64,000 nt of DNA from Chrysomallon squamiferum (taxonomy: Eukaryota; Animalia; Mollusca). Made by a program: the position numbers and the translations under genes. Each line of letters opens with the position of its first letter. Position 1 is the stretch's first letter. The notes beneath the pieces are model-generated. The model saw only the letters and a program-made list of their open reading frames with translations. It was not told the origin of the DNA and made no database searches. Shown one piece after another: positions 28,917-40,890 of the stretch. Where the stretch lies: positions 2,976,001-3,040,000 of the forward strand of contig CM022670.1 of assembly GCA_012295275.1 (NCBI GenBank), read 5' to 3'.

Positions 28917-31419
28917 AATAAGAAATTATGTTGCTTTTTATGCTAGTATTATTGCAGTTTTCAAATATTTATTTTCTTGGAGAAAGTTTTGTTTATTATT
29001 AGCTATTACGTGTGTTTTTGAAGAAGGTTGTACTACGTGATTATTAATTGAAACCAAAATAAATAACGTAACATACCTAAGAGAACCGGTTTCTAAGTAA
29101 ACTATAATATCACTTGTGTCAAATTATGACACAAATTATTTCAAATTAGAAAATAACTTAGAAATTAAAATAAACGTACATTAATATCCTGATTAGTTTT
29201 TCAACGAACGCAGTAATTATAATAATTGAAGTTATTTCGTTAAGGTCATTATCGATTTGCTTTTGTGTTTCTAAGCACATTTAGATTATTTCAAATAATC
29301 TTCTAAAACATATAAATTTTAGGTGACAGTATTATTAACAAGTAATTGCCTAAACTGACATCGATATTACAAACAGGATATTTTGGAGCGTCCAGTTAAA
29401 GGAAGCAATAAAGGTTATAGCTATTTTCCTTCCGTTATGTAAATAATTTGCATTCAGTTTGCATAACCAAGCGATAACCATAGTTACAAAGTCGTTCTCA
29501 CGATCATTATCATGATTTTTATTGTCGATGTTATCATCATAATCATCATCATCGTTGTCGTCACAATCATCATCATCATAAACATCATTACCATTATCAC
29601 CATCATCATCATTACTGGTTATGATAGCTGTGGTGTAACTCTACTAATGGTATTAATGGTGATATTAATATTACTAGTAGTAGTAACAGTAGTAAACAGT
29701 AGCATTTGTTGATGTCGCTGTTGTTGTTTGAAAATGTTTGTTACAGAAGTAGTTCTTATTGCTTTTTCCGTGTTGCTGATATAACTGTTATCGTCACTTT
29801 GGTTCTAATATTTGTTGTTATTAGTAAAGTGGTATCAGAATGAAACTTTACTTAATGCAGGAAATTATTTACGGGAAAAAGCGAATGAAAGAAAATTTAC
29901 AGCATACTTCCGGATTTTTTTCTCCCTCTGTTTTATTTGTTCTAAAATAATTCAAACAAAATTGTTTTTGGAAGCTAATAATCTTGAACAAACTGGCGTG
30001 GATGAAAATGCACGATGAACCAAGCAAAAACAAACACATTTTCACTTGTTTCTTTGAAACGGTCAGTTCATTTCAGTACAACGCCGCAAAGACAAATCCC
30101 TGGGATTTTGACGTCAGTGATTTTAGGCTTAAAGTTCCACGAAAACAAACAGAGGGGTTCTGCAAAGAGGGGCGGTGCTCTGACCTGACGCCAGTGGTCG
30201 TGTGTATTAGTGTACTCGGAACACGAACAGGGCAAACATTCGACCAAAACCGAGAGGAAATCGACGACACAAAATTTGTCCTTTTCTTTCGCCCGATTCT
30301 TGCTCGAACTCAGTTCGTGTCTTTGTCAATATTTTGCCTTACGTGTTTCGTTTTAGCCGTCTCGTATGTTTTTTTCTCTTTCATCAAGCTACACACACAT
30401 CCACACACAGACACAATGCTGGTAATTTATAAACACACATACATTTTATCTTCTTTGTCTTCTTTCTGCTGACCTTGGGTTGAAGGTGGTCTGTGCTTTT
30501 GTTGTTTCGGTTTATTTGCTGTTTCTAATGCATGAAATAATTATATATAGCGATGCAGCGTAGTGCAGTATCCAAGAATGTAATAACGTCAGGTCTAATA
30601 TTTGTTACGCATTGATAAAGATAACAATGGAAGAAGAGTTTACCCATAACCAGTGGAAAAAAAAATGTAATGTTATTTCAATTGAAATTGATGTAAAACG
30701 ATATAATAATAATAAAAATGATTTATTTTTGTTTACAAATATTAATTTCAGTATGACAGTGTTTTGAAATTGAATACAAAAAAGGTATAAAAAAGTAATA
30801 ATGAAAAACAGTAATACAACGAAAGTGTGATGAAGTAATTCAAATAATTAAAATAAATGTGAATTCTTTATTTCTTTTTTAATTTCGGTTTTTAAAATAT
30901 ACACAGAGAAATCAATCACACCTTCACAAAATTAATCCGTCAAATTTGCACACAAACATTTATCAGATAAAATTAACTCTTCTTTGTTTAAGACGTGTTA
31001 ATCTGGGATTAAGATAAACCGCGGTGTCAGATTATGAAAGTCTCGATAATGCTTGTTGAAGAGATACTACGTGTTGAGGATTATGATTGTAGAGGTCTTC
31101 AGTCTACTGGATTTCCCGTTCTTGAGCCGCAGTTAAAATCCGTGCTTACTTTCTTAGCATATTCACAAAATATCTAGAGTGACATGCGTTTTAGTGTCAA
31201 AATAAATTGAGTGATTTTACTGTTATAAATCTTTATGTCTAAAGCTATTTCTATCAAACGCCACCTACAAAAAAAAAAAAAAAAAAGAAAAAAAAGTTAT
31301 GATTTAAAAATTAATAAGGTTTTGAAAATTAGTAGTGTTTCTACTACTACTACTACTACTAATAATAATAATACGCTAATATGATTATTTATTTTTTATT
31401 TATAATAGTAGTAGTAGAA

Positions 31420-31482
<63 letters not shown>

Positions 31483-32029
31483 TAATCATCATCATCATTA
31501 TTATTCGATAATTAACTTTTTTTTACTAATGGCATGGTGTCGTTATGATTGTGCTACTGATACCAGATTTGCCCAGGAAAATTTGAAAAATAATAATATC
31601 ATTATCAATAAGTCGAAATGCAAAAATCGTTCATAATCTGTTAATGACAAAACCTGAAGCCTTAAAAGACCACAGTTCAGAAATCACAAACAACATTTTA
31701 TGTGCATAATTATTTCAAAATATTTGACATTAAGGAAGGAAGCTTTATTAATATCGATATTTCTCTCTTAATCACACGTTTTTGAGTCAAATTTCCAAAA
31801 AATCCATCGTTCAAATACACAACCATTCAAACAGAATCTCCTTCTGTCCGGCAAGATTCATCCAGACTACACAACATCGTCATGGTTACCAGGAAATTCA
31901 ACAATTATTTTACGTCACCTGGCCCCCGCTTTCCCGCAAGTCACACACTGCCGTACCAAAATATTTATTATTTAACTATTTGGCAACACTCTGCTATATG
32001 ACTGACTAACTGATTAATATTTCCTGCTT

Positions 32030-32519
32030 TTAATTGTCCAATAACAAACCGCTGAGGTCCGTTAAAAAGGATATCGCTATTGGCTGCGTGGAAAAGAGGC
32101 TGGCCAAAGCGGGATGTTAGTTAAACTGGACATTGCGTTGGATGTGACAGTTATTTATTTGTGTAGGATAAACGTAAATCTACTTCTGTCTTTCACTTGC
32201 CATTCGTGTCATGTAGACACTTAGGTTTCGTAGGCAAGGCTTGACAGTCGCACGCACCAGGACTTTCGGATAATGAAATAAATGTGGAAACTATTTCGTT
32301 GTGATAATCTGCAGGAAGTTGACTGTTAAGTGTTACTTTTCTCTGAAAATTGTTTTACCTGTTGTGGCTTCCTTGATTCTGGACGTAGGATACCTGAGTT
32401 TTACCTGATTATGTATTAGTTGTACCTGTTTAACCTGTATTTACTTGTCCAAAACAAAAAACAAAAAATAGAAAAGAAGGAAAAATAACACGGAAATTAA
32501 ACAGCAAAAGAAGCAACAG
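32030..32519 (+). promoter_or_regulatory. Candidate alternative promoter/non-coding exon
   Basis: CCAAT (32038) and ATTGG (32079) in a GC-richer island, with donor CAG|GTAACT at 32520. Confidence 0.3.
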
Positions 32520-32594
32520 GTAACTAAATTCTTTTCTGAAAGAAGATACTTTTTAAAAAATAATAAGGAAAACAAATTAACTAGATAAATAACT

Positions 32595-32644
32595 AAATAA
32601 ATAAATAAGATATAAATTAATCTGCTGAAATAATCCAGACTGGG

Positions 32645-32679
<35 letters not shown>

Positions 32680-32716
32680 GATATAAATTAATCTGCTGAA
32701 ATAATCCAGACTGGGT
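32595..32716. repeat. Tandem duplication of about 50 bp
   Basis: AAATAAATAAGATATAAATTAATCTGCTGAAATAATCCAGACTGGGT occurs twice, separated by (AAAT)n. Confidence 0.9.
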
Positions 32717-33529
32717 TTTGTTACTTCTTAAATAAAAAAAATGTTCTTTTTCTTTCTTTAAATCTGGCTATACCTGTATGACACTAGCGAAGTACACATC
32801 GGAGTCTACTTGAAATAATTAGCTGAAAGGTAATAACATAACAACACATGTGGTCGTCAACGTTAATATTATTCCCAGTCTTCGTCCATTGTATCATCTT
32901 TGAGTTTTTACCAAGGGGACTGGGCGTCCCGCTGGCGGTTTTCACGTTAACCATACATAACTTTTATATACACGATATTTCTGTTTTCAGTCTTCTCTGA
33001 GTTATTGTCGCAGTTGTTTTCGTTATTTCACATTTCAACCAAGTCCTGTGGACTCTGCCACCGTTTCAATCCTTTGTGTCAGTTTATCCTATTATTAAGG
33101 GGTATTTTTATTTCTTTGTCGAGTTTATTAATTTTCCGCCTTGTAAACACATCCCTGACATATCTTCCCCAATGATTCCTATTTATAAAAAAATTTCACA
33201 TTGTATTTTAGTTTACAGCTTCTGAACACTAGATAAGAGTTTAATAGACGCCACTGTTATGTGTCAAAGGGCGGGGAGACATGGTATTATGGTACAAAAT
33301 CTATTGTTATAAAACACCGGTCAACAGAACTTCATCTAGAATTATTGCAAGATGTCTTATTACTTATTCACCGGCTGACAAGAACGTGTTTTTTTTGTTT
33401 TTTTTTAAATGTAAAGTTTTCTTCCACTGACACATAACTGTTCAGAAAACATATATACGTCGTTGTTGTTTGTTTGTTTTTAGTTTATTTTTTTTTTTAC
33501 TTACCAAGACAGATAATTTATTACGGCTT

Positions 33530-33865
33530 AGGAGTTACATGTCGCGATTTGACAGCACCTCTTGCCTTACGTCAAGCGTAACGTTTCTCGTCTTGACGCG
33601 GTCGAGGCAAGCGAACGGTCCATGATTCAGTCTTTTACCTAACCGACTGACAGGCCATGTCCATGCCACTCGGCGAACAAAGGGAGGTTATGACAAATCA
33701 TGTCATATGAATAAACCTTTTGTGTTTTATGTCTTAACTGTGACAGAGCAAAGTAATCCGTCTTTTACCTCGTCTTTAGTACGTTAAATCGGAGCGTAGA
33801 AAGAGGTTAGGTTTTAGTGTAGCTAATGTTTGTGCACGGTGTATGATGATAATACTCTGTTGTCG
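33530..33865 (+). promoter_or_regulatory. Candidate proximal promoter/non-coding exon
   Basis: CpG-rich island followed by donor TCG|GTGAGT at 33866, about 0.9 kb upstream of the coding-exon acceptor. Confidence 0.3.
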
Positions 33866-34780
33866 GTGAGTTAATACAGTTCTCTGTTGTGTTACAGTTA
33901 ATATTCGTGTGGTCTCGGTCTGTAAGACAGAATTTAGTTATTGTTATTTAATTTGAGCTTTTATTGTTTTGTTTATTTTCGTTTTATTTATTTATTTATT
34001 TATCTGTTCATTTGTTTCTGTTTTCTTTCTTTCTTTCTTTCTTTCTTTATGTTCATTATACTCTTTGTTGTTGTTATTATAATGACTATTACTACTTCAA
34101 CTATTATGTTTCTGGTATTATTATTATTATTATTATTACCAAAAATAGATATATTTATGCCTTTAATTTCGATATATATCTGAGACGAATATGTTTTTAT
34201 CAGTGTTTCTGTGTATGATATTATTCGAGTATTAGTGTATATTTTGTAATATATAATAAGAAGTCATTGTTAAAGACTTACAACGTTTAATAACGGAATC
34301 AGAGCAATTTTGCAAGCTTTTACATTCAGGTACGTTCATGATGTACGTTCCGTTTCTGTCATTCCTCCTAATGTCCTTGAGCACCACACTGTTGAGAGGT
34401 TAACGTGACTTAACTGTTAATGGACTTATCATTACATATCTGAGGAGTGTATGTGTACAAGTCGTATACGTTTCTTTGTTGTTCTTATGAATCAATGTAT
34501 GTTTCTTATATTGTGTGAAACCTTACGTGCTTATGGATTAGTGGATATTTGTATATTTAGTATTATCTACGTATGATTTTAATGTGGCTATGAGTTTCGT
34601 TTATTTAATACAATTTTATTAAAGCGTTGTTGATGGCTTTGTGGTTCTATTGTTGTATTTATATTATTATCATCATCATCATCATTTTAATCATTACCAT
34701 TACCATTATTGTTATTTCGTAAAGAAATTATTTAGAAAACGATCAAGACAAAATATTAATATCTTTTATTTATTTTTCAG

Positions 34781-34859
34781 AAATCTACGTTAAAAGAACT
34801 GAACAAAAAGTTATGACAATCTAGCAGTGAAGTGAAATCAGAGAAACAACATCTTCAAA
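34781..34859 (+). other. 5' UTR portion of the first coding exon (implies at least one upstream non-coding exon)
   Basis: Strong 3' splice site (TCTTTTATTTATTTTTCAG) ending at 34780, 79 nt before the ATG. Confidence 0.7.
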
Positions 34860-37721
34860 ATGCACTCCTTGATTTTCTTGTTCTTCATCTTCGGTTTCGT
34901 TTATTTATCTCTGTCAGTGAATCCTGATCTGGTTTTTAACATCGACGAGGAATTGGCCAGTAAATCATACGTAGGAAACATATCAGACAACAAGTCTCTT
35001 TTCAAAAACATTTCTGACGAGGACAGACAGAAACTGAAATTTGGAATTCTAGACAAAACGGGAACAGCTGCTTCCTTGTTCGAGATCGATAACTCCACAG
35101 GTGTGATGTGCGTAGCGAACAGAATCGACAGGGAAAGAATCTGTGATATTTCTGAATCTGTTTCATGTTCGCTGGATCTAAACGTACTCATTCACTCGTC
35201 TTCTCCTACAGTTAATTTCAATAACGTTGCGTCTGTGAGGATTTTTATCCAGGATACGAACGACAATTACCCTGCGTTTCCAGCGAACGAAGTACGCCTT
35301 CAAGTTTCAGAAGGAGCCAAAGTCGGAACGATTTTAAAAATCAGTGGCGCCGTTGACAGAGATTCATTACCCAACAACACAATTCAGAAATACGAAATAA
35401 CGGAACAGCAAGAAATGTTTTCTCTTACAGCTGAAAAAAATCCTGACGGAACTTCTGTAATAAATTTGAAACTGGAAAAGCCCCTTAACAGAGAGACGAA
35501 AAATCGATACGCATTTAAAATTATTGCCTTCGACGGCGGCAATCCGCCCAAGACTGGCAGTTTGAACGTCGTCGTCATCGTCACGGACGAGAACGACAAT
35601 CCTCCCAAATTTCTAAAATCGTCATACGACGTATCTGTCAAAGAGGACGTACACCCGAATTATTTATTAGTGCGCGTGTCTGCTGTTGATCCCGACGAAG
35701 GCGACAACGGCAAAGTTACTTATCAGTTCAGCAGAATGCAGTCTTCGAAATTACAGTCCCTGTTCTCTATCAATTCAACCACTGGAGAGATCAGAGTGAC
35801 TGGAAAACTTGAGTACGATGCCAGAAAGCCTCATCAGTTAATTGTAGAGGCAGTAGATGGTGGAGAGACGCCTCTAAAAACTCAGACTGTTGTAACAGTC
35901 ACGGTCTTGGACTCTGGGAATAATGCTCCTATCGTAAACATCAATACACTCTCTCCGGAAAATACAGAAACAGTGCAACTTTCTGAAGCAGCAAGAGTTG
36001 GTTTCTTCGTCGCGTACGTCGACGTGGAGGACTCTGACACTGGAAACAACGGGAAAGTTCAGTGCGAAACCCCCAGCCAGTCGTTCAGTTTGGAAAAGTT
36101 GACAGGAGGCAAAGGTTACAAAGTTCTGGTCAGGAATAAACTGGACCGTGAAGGAAAAGACAGGTACAAAGTCACGGTGTTCTGCTGGGACAATGGTACC
36201 CCTTCAATGAACGCTTCGGCCTATTTTCAAGTGGTCATTACTGATGAAAACGACAATAAGCCACAGTTTTTAAAGAGTTCATACACAGCTTCAGTCCGTG
36301 AAAACAGCCGTAAGGGTACCTCAATAACCCAAGTCAGCGCTAAAGATTTAGACATTGGACAAAATGGGAATATAATATACAGTTTAGAGCCAAGTGTAAC
36401 GCCGTTTCTTAGAGTTGAGGCTAACACGGGAATTATTACGACTGCAGGAGCGTTAGATCGAGAAACCAGACCACTCATTTCTTTTACAGTGTTTGCTACA
36501 GATAACGGGAAACCTAAGTTAACTGGATCGGCTCAAGTCACTTTGACTGTCACCGACGTGAATGACATAACTCCAGCATTTACAAAATATATATTTGAAT
36601 TCAGCATAGCAGAAAACCAAGAAAAAAACAAAATAGTTGGCCATGTGGAAGCTACTGATAAAGACGAAGGCAGAAATGGTCAGATAGAATACTTCATTGC
36701 GGAAACACCCAGTGGCATGGTGCCTTTTTCTGTTTTGCCTAATGGAACAGTGATGTCTACTGAAATTCTTGACAGAGAGTTTCGAAACAGTTACAGATTC
36801 ACTGTGCTAGCGAGAGACAAAGGATCACCTCCCAGAACCAACTCAACGGAAGTGAAAATAAACATTCTAGACTTGAATGACAATACTCCTCAAATCCTCT
36901 TCCCAAAGTTTCCTAATCACACAATACACATCACCGACTTGCCTAAATCCGATTCAGTTATAGGAAAGATTGTAGCATTTGATCCGGATGATGGTGAAAA
37001 TAAAACATTACAGTTTTTCATAGCTACAGGTAACGATGACGGCGTCTTCACCATTGACAGGGAAAACGGTGAAACCAAAGTTTCCAATGTGTGGAAGATG
37101 AGAAGGGAACATGTCTACGAACTGAGAATATCCGTCCAGGACTCAGGTAACCCTCCTAGATCAGTGGACACTAACTTATTTGTCGACGTTAAAATTGACA
37201 ACAAAACGAAACTGGATGCTTCTCGAGAAAAAAGCGAGAGGTATCTGGTGATAGCAGCAACCGTTGCAGCCGCTACTTGCCTTCTGTCCATCGTCATTAT
37301 AGCTGCCATATGCTACATTCTTAGATCAGACAAACGAAAACCCTTTTCTTCGTCGAATCGTTTCACGGAATTCGACAAGTTGTCCATAACACCAGAGATG
37401 TCGAAAACAGCTGTGACGTCAGGCAAACAGTCTCACGCAGTCGATCAGACTGTGCAGATCAAACCACAGTCAGACAAGATCTCCAAAAAAGAGTCGGCGT
37501 CGCAGAAACCAGGATCGAAATTCGAGAAAGCGGGTTACAAGAGGAAGGAAGTCAGCTTCAGTCTTGATGACTGTGAAGACGGGTCATGTCACGAGATGAG
37601 GCCCAGGGAAGTGCTGAGAGGGGGTTCGGATGTAAACGGACAAAAAAATGGCAAGCCAAATGACCTCATGTTCACCAATCCAGCACTGTCCTACATTGAT
37701 GGAAAGGATAAAATTTTACAT
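34860..37721 (+). CDS. Protocadherin (7 EC repeats, delta1-like architecture), coding exon 1: signal peptide, EC1-EC7, TM helix, proximal cytoplasmic tail
   Basis: Long ORF with a hydrophobic N-terminus (MHSLIFLFFIFGFVYLSLS). Cadherin Ca-binding motifs: IDRE/LNRE/LDRE, DTNDN, DENDN, DSGNN, DENDN, DVND, DLNDN, AxDxD, DxGxP. EC1 Cys pair (ICDISESVSC). TM YLVIAATVAAATCLLSIVIIAAICYIL. Acceptor TTTTTCAG at 34773-34780 lies upstream. Phase-0 donor CAT|GTAAGT after 37721 (954 codons). The ORF-track tail 37722-37811 is intron read-through. Confidence 0.96.
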
Positions 37722-38728
37722 GTAAGTTTCATAATGCTGGGTAAATACAATAAGGGTAAACGTATACAAATTATTCATTGCTTCAAAGACTCCATAGTAA
37801 AGAAAATCTAACTTTAAGACAAAATAATAAGCACGACAAAGAAAAAGAGAACGTTGTCAAGTAAAAGCATAATACACTAATCATTTCCTTTGAAAATATT
37901 AACATAAATCCACATTTTATTATTATTCTTGTTATTTTCAACAGATATATTTTATTATATTCATTTAAGGTGTATTTCATTTAGTTCATTTATCTGAAGT
38001 ATGATCATTTTGTTTCATTTAAAATATTTAATTTAAAATATAATGAAAGTGAAGAAACAAGAAAGAAAGGATTTCAAGTTTTACAATAACATGCACACGA
38101 TTACATCATTCGTAACACTTTCGTTTACTTACTTTACACGAACGTTCAATACGGTTTGTTAGCTTACATTTAATGTGTTTACAGTGGTGTTTTTCATCCC
38201 ATTAATTTATTGAATTGCTCAATTACCACTTCTTAGAATGCACTTTTCTTAATTATAACAACCTAGTGCTGTACGTATTTGTAAACATTGGAAATCCATT
38301 AAAATGCAGCCCGTTTGGTGAGAAAGGGACAGGTCCTTTTAGAATGTTAATATTTGTTCAGCATTCGCCGTGTTTGTTTTGGGCTGTGTACGCAAGTGAA
38401 TTGTACTGCGCAATCTTATTCGAGCGAAGTGAATCGGTAGTGCAGGTGCTATTCAGTTGATATTTATTTTATTACTCAGTGAAAAAAGTCTGTGTGTCTC
38501 TTTGCTTGTTTAAATTGATTTCATAAGTAGGTTCGAAAAGTTAATAAAGGCGGGTATGGTGTCTGTATATGGAGGGATATTTCTATATATGTGCGTTTCT
38601 GTGTGTGTAAGGGTTACGTTGTTATATTTATGGGTGCAACATCGGGGTAGATATTACGTTCAGTTTAAGGAATAATAAAATGATATACATATATATATAT
38701 ATATATCAGTTTAAGGAATAATAAAATG

Positions 38729-38772
<44 letters not shown>

Positions 38773-38997
38773 AAAATGATATATATATATATATATTTAT
38801 AGGTGTGTGTGGGTGTGCGTTTGCATATATATTTAAAACATTCATTGTCATTTTGGGATTAAGTATATATATTTTTTTTTTTTAAATTGTTTTATATTTG
38901 ATTGAAATGTTTAATAAGCCATAAAGAAAAGTAAAAGTAAACACAAATGAATTGTATTGTATTGTATTGTATTGTATTGTAACATATTGTATTACAG

Positions 38998-39094
38998 CTT
39001 GATGACGTACACAGTGACACATCAGGGGAGACTATTCCAAGTGACAGTGGGAGAGGCGGAAGTGAAGAAGAAGTCAACTTTCAGCATAACACAA
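38998..39094 (+). CDS. Protocadherin coding exon 2 (cytoplasmic, CM1-like motif)
   Basis: Acceptor TTACAG|CTT at 38997 and donor ACAA|GTAAGT at 39095. The 97 nt read in frame with exon 1 as LDDVHSDTSGETIPSDSGRGGSEEEVNFQHNT. SDSGRGGSEEE resembles the DSGxGxS CM1 motif of delta-protocadherins. Confidence 0.9.
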
Positions 39095-39547
39095 GTAAGT
39101 AGAACTAATGAATAAATGAAATAACGAACTACCTTGATAGAAATAGACAGACAGACAGAGAGACAAATAATTATTGTTGCAAAGAATTATAAGTTTATTA
39201 ACCCCTTAGAGCTTTGAACGTTTTATTAATAATAATCAAATTTTTAATATATTCAATATTTTTAATTTATGTTCACAGGCTTATTTCTTTCTGTTATTGA
39301 TATAACTGTATTCAATATAATCTTCAACATCAAGATCATGATTATAGCATTTACTTTATAATACTTAATGATATAGTGATGAATATGTTAATGGCAATGT
39401 TCTGACAATGACCATGCATTGTATCTTTTTAACAATTACTTTAATTTTTTTTTTTTAATTATCTCTATTACTATTTATTCTATTATCATAATAAAACCAT
39501 ATCATTGATTGTCAACTATTATTAATAAAAACTTTCTTCATTTTCAG

Positions 39548-39924
39548 ATCCACGATATTCTTGGGATCCTGAAAGTGTTCGTAATAAAAACAGTTCAAGA
39601 GACAATTTTCCAGTTAAGCCAGAAAGACAGAATCGTGTGACTTTTGTGCATACAAACAATTTTCACGAGGACCGAGGAGGGTTTAACTCGCACCCTTCTG
39701 GTATGACGCCCTCTTCGAAATTCCTTTCTCCGAGGATCCGTCATCCTTTGTCCGTGCAGCAAGGGTCTTGTGATTTAGTGCCCAGGAATGACCCAATTTA
39801 TATCAGACAACAGTCAAACCATTCTCAGGACGATGACGTCAGTACTACCACTTCCGGGAGTTACACTATTAATCATGACGACTTTCTTGGAGAATCTTTC
39901 TTGGGAAAAGACATCATCGTTTAA
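39548..39924 (+). CDS. Protocadherin terminal coding exon 3
   Basis: Pyrimidine-rich acceptor TTTCTTCATTTTCAG at 39547. The phase-1 join (A+AT=Asn) keeps the frame open: NPRYSWDPESV...QNRVTFVHT...DDDVSTTTSGSYTINHDDFLGESFLGKDIIV, then TAA at 39922-39924. Matches ORF-track 39637-39924. Spliced product is about 1111 aa. Confidence 0.88.
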
Positions 39925-40346
39925 TTTGTTGATTGCAGATATCTGTGATGAGCTTAATTTAATCGAATATCAGACTTTCCACTAAGTGTGATGTCTCGAA
40001 ATGCAGAGGCACTAGGAGACTGTCCGCTGACTGAGGTTACCGATGCAGCTGTTGAAGCTGATGATCAAGATGACGTTGGCATCGTCAGCGATGTTCCAGA
40101 TAAAAGACAATGTGACAAATTTATGAGAACAAATAAAACTGTGATGCAAAATTTCAGTGTGCGTGAATTAAAAAGAAAATACCTTTCAGTTATATAATGT
40201 ATAAAATGGTGCTCTAACTAAAAGGAAAAACAGTCTTGCCAAGTGAAACATATTTAAAGAAAGGAAGTGTGTACATTTTTAACACAAATGACAATCTACG
40301 CATAAGTGTTAGAGCGAATGAGAATGGAGAAAGAGGACAGAGAGAG

Positions 40347-40454
<108 letters not shown>

Positions 40455-40699
40455 ATTCGGTGTACTGATCTTTCTTGGTGATCAAAAATTCAAGTCTGAG
40501 CAATATAATCAAAACAGTTTGACACGTGCGTTTAACTAACATTTTTGTGATTTCATTGAAGTTAATCAAGATTTCAGTTGCTTTCAAACTGAAAGAACAA
40601 TTTGACATTTACTTGTTGTTTTTATTTTTCTACTCCGGAATTAAATTATAACATTTTAATATAGCAAAGAGTTGTTCTTTCTTAATATCTATGATGATG

Positions 40700-40890
40700 A
40701 TGATCATTATTATCATATAATTAGTATTCTTATCATCATCATCATCATTATCATATAATTAGTATTCTTATCATCATCACAATCATCATCACTATTATCA
40801 TATAATTAGTATTCTTATTATAATCATAATCATCATCATTATTATCATAGAATTAGTATTCTTATCATCATCATCATCATCATCATTTCA
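40700..40890. repeat. Minisatellite, 4 copies of ATTATCATATAATTAGTATTCTTATCATC separated by variable (CAT)n
   Basis: Direct reading. Confidence 0.85.

Noticed and set aside
34901-37309. Four minus-strand ORFs inside the protocadherin exon
   Set aside because: Antisense shadows of the real coding frame.
37722-37811. Last 29 aa of the 983-aa ORF (VSFIMLGK...VKKI)
   Set aside because: Starts at a GTAAGT donor, and the downstream exons continue the frame with conserved motifs. Treated as intron read-through, although an unspliced short isoform cannot be excluded.
40132-40137. AATAAA as the protocadherin poly(A) signal
   Set aside because: AATAAA is very common in this AT-rich DNA, so the 3' end cannot be placed without transcript data.
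40700-40890. Repeat-spacer-like array (CRISPR-like appearance)
   Set aside because: Eukaryotic context, the spacers are (CAT)n microsatellite, and there are no cas genes. It is an ordinary minisatellite.
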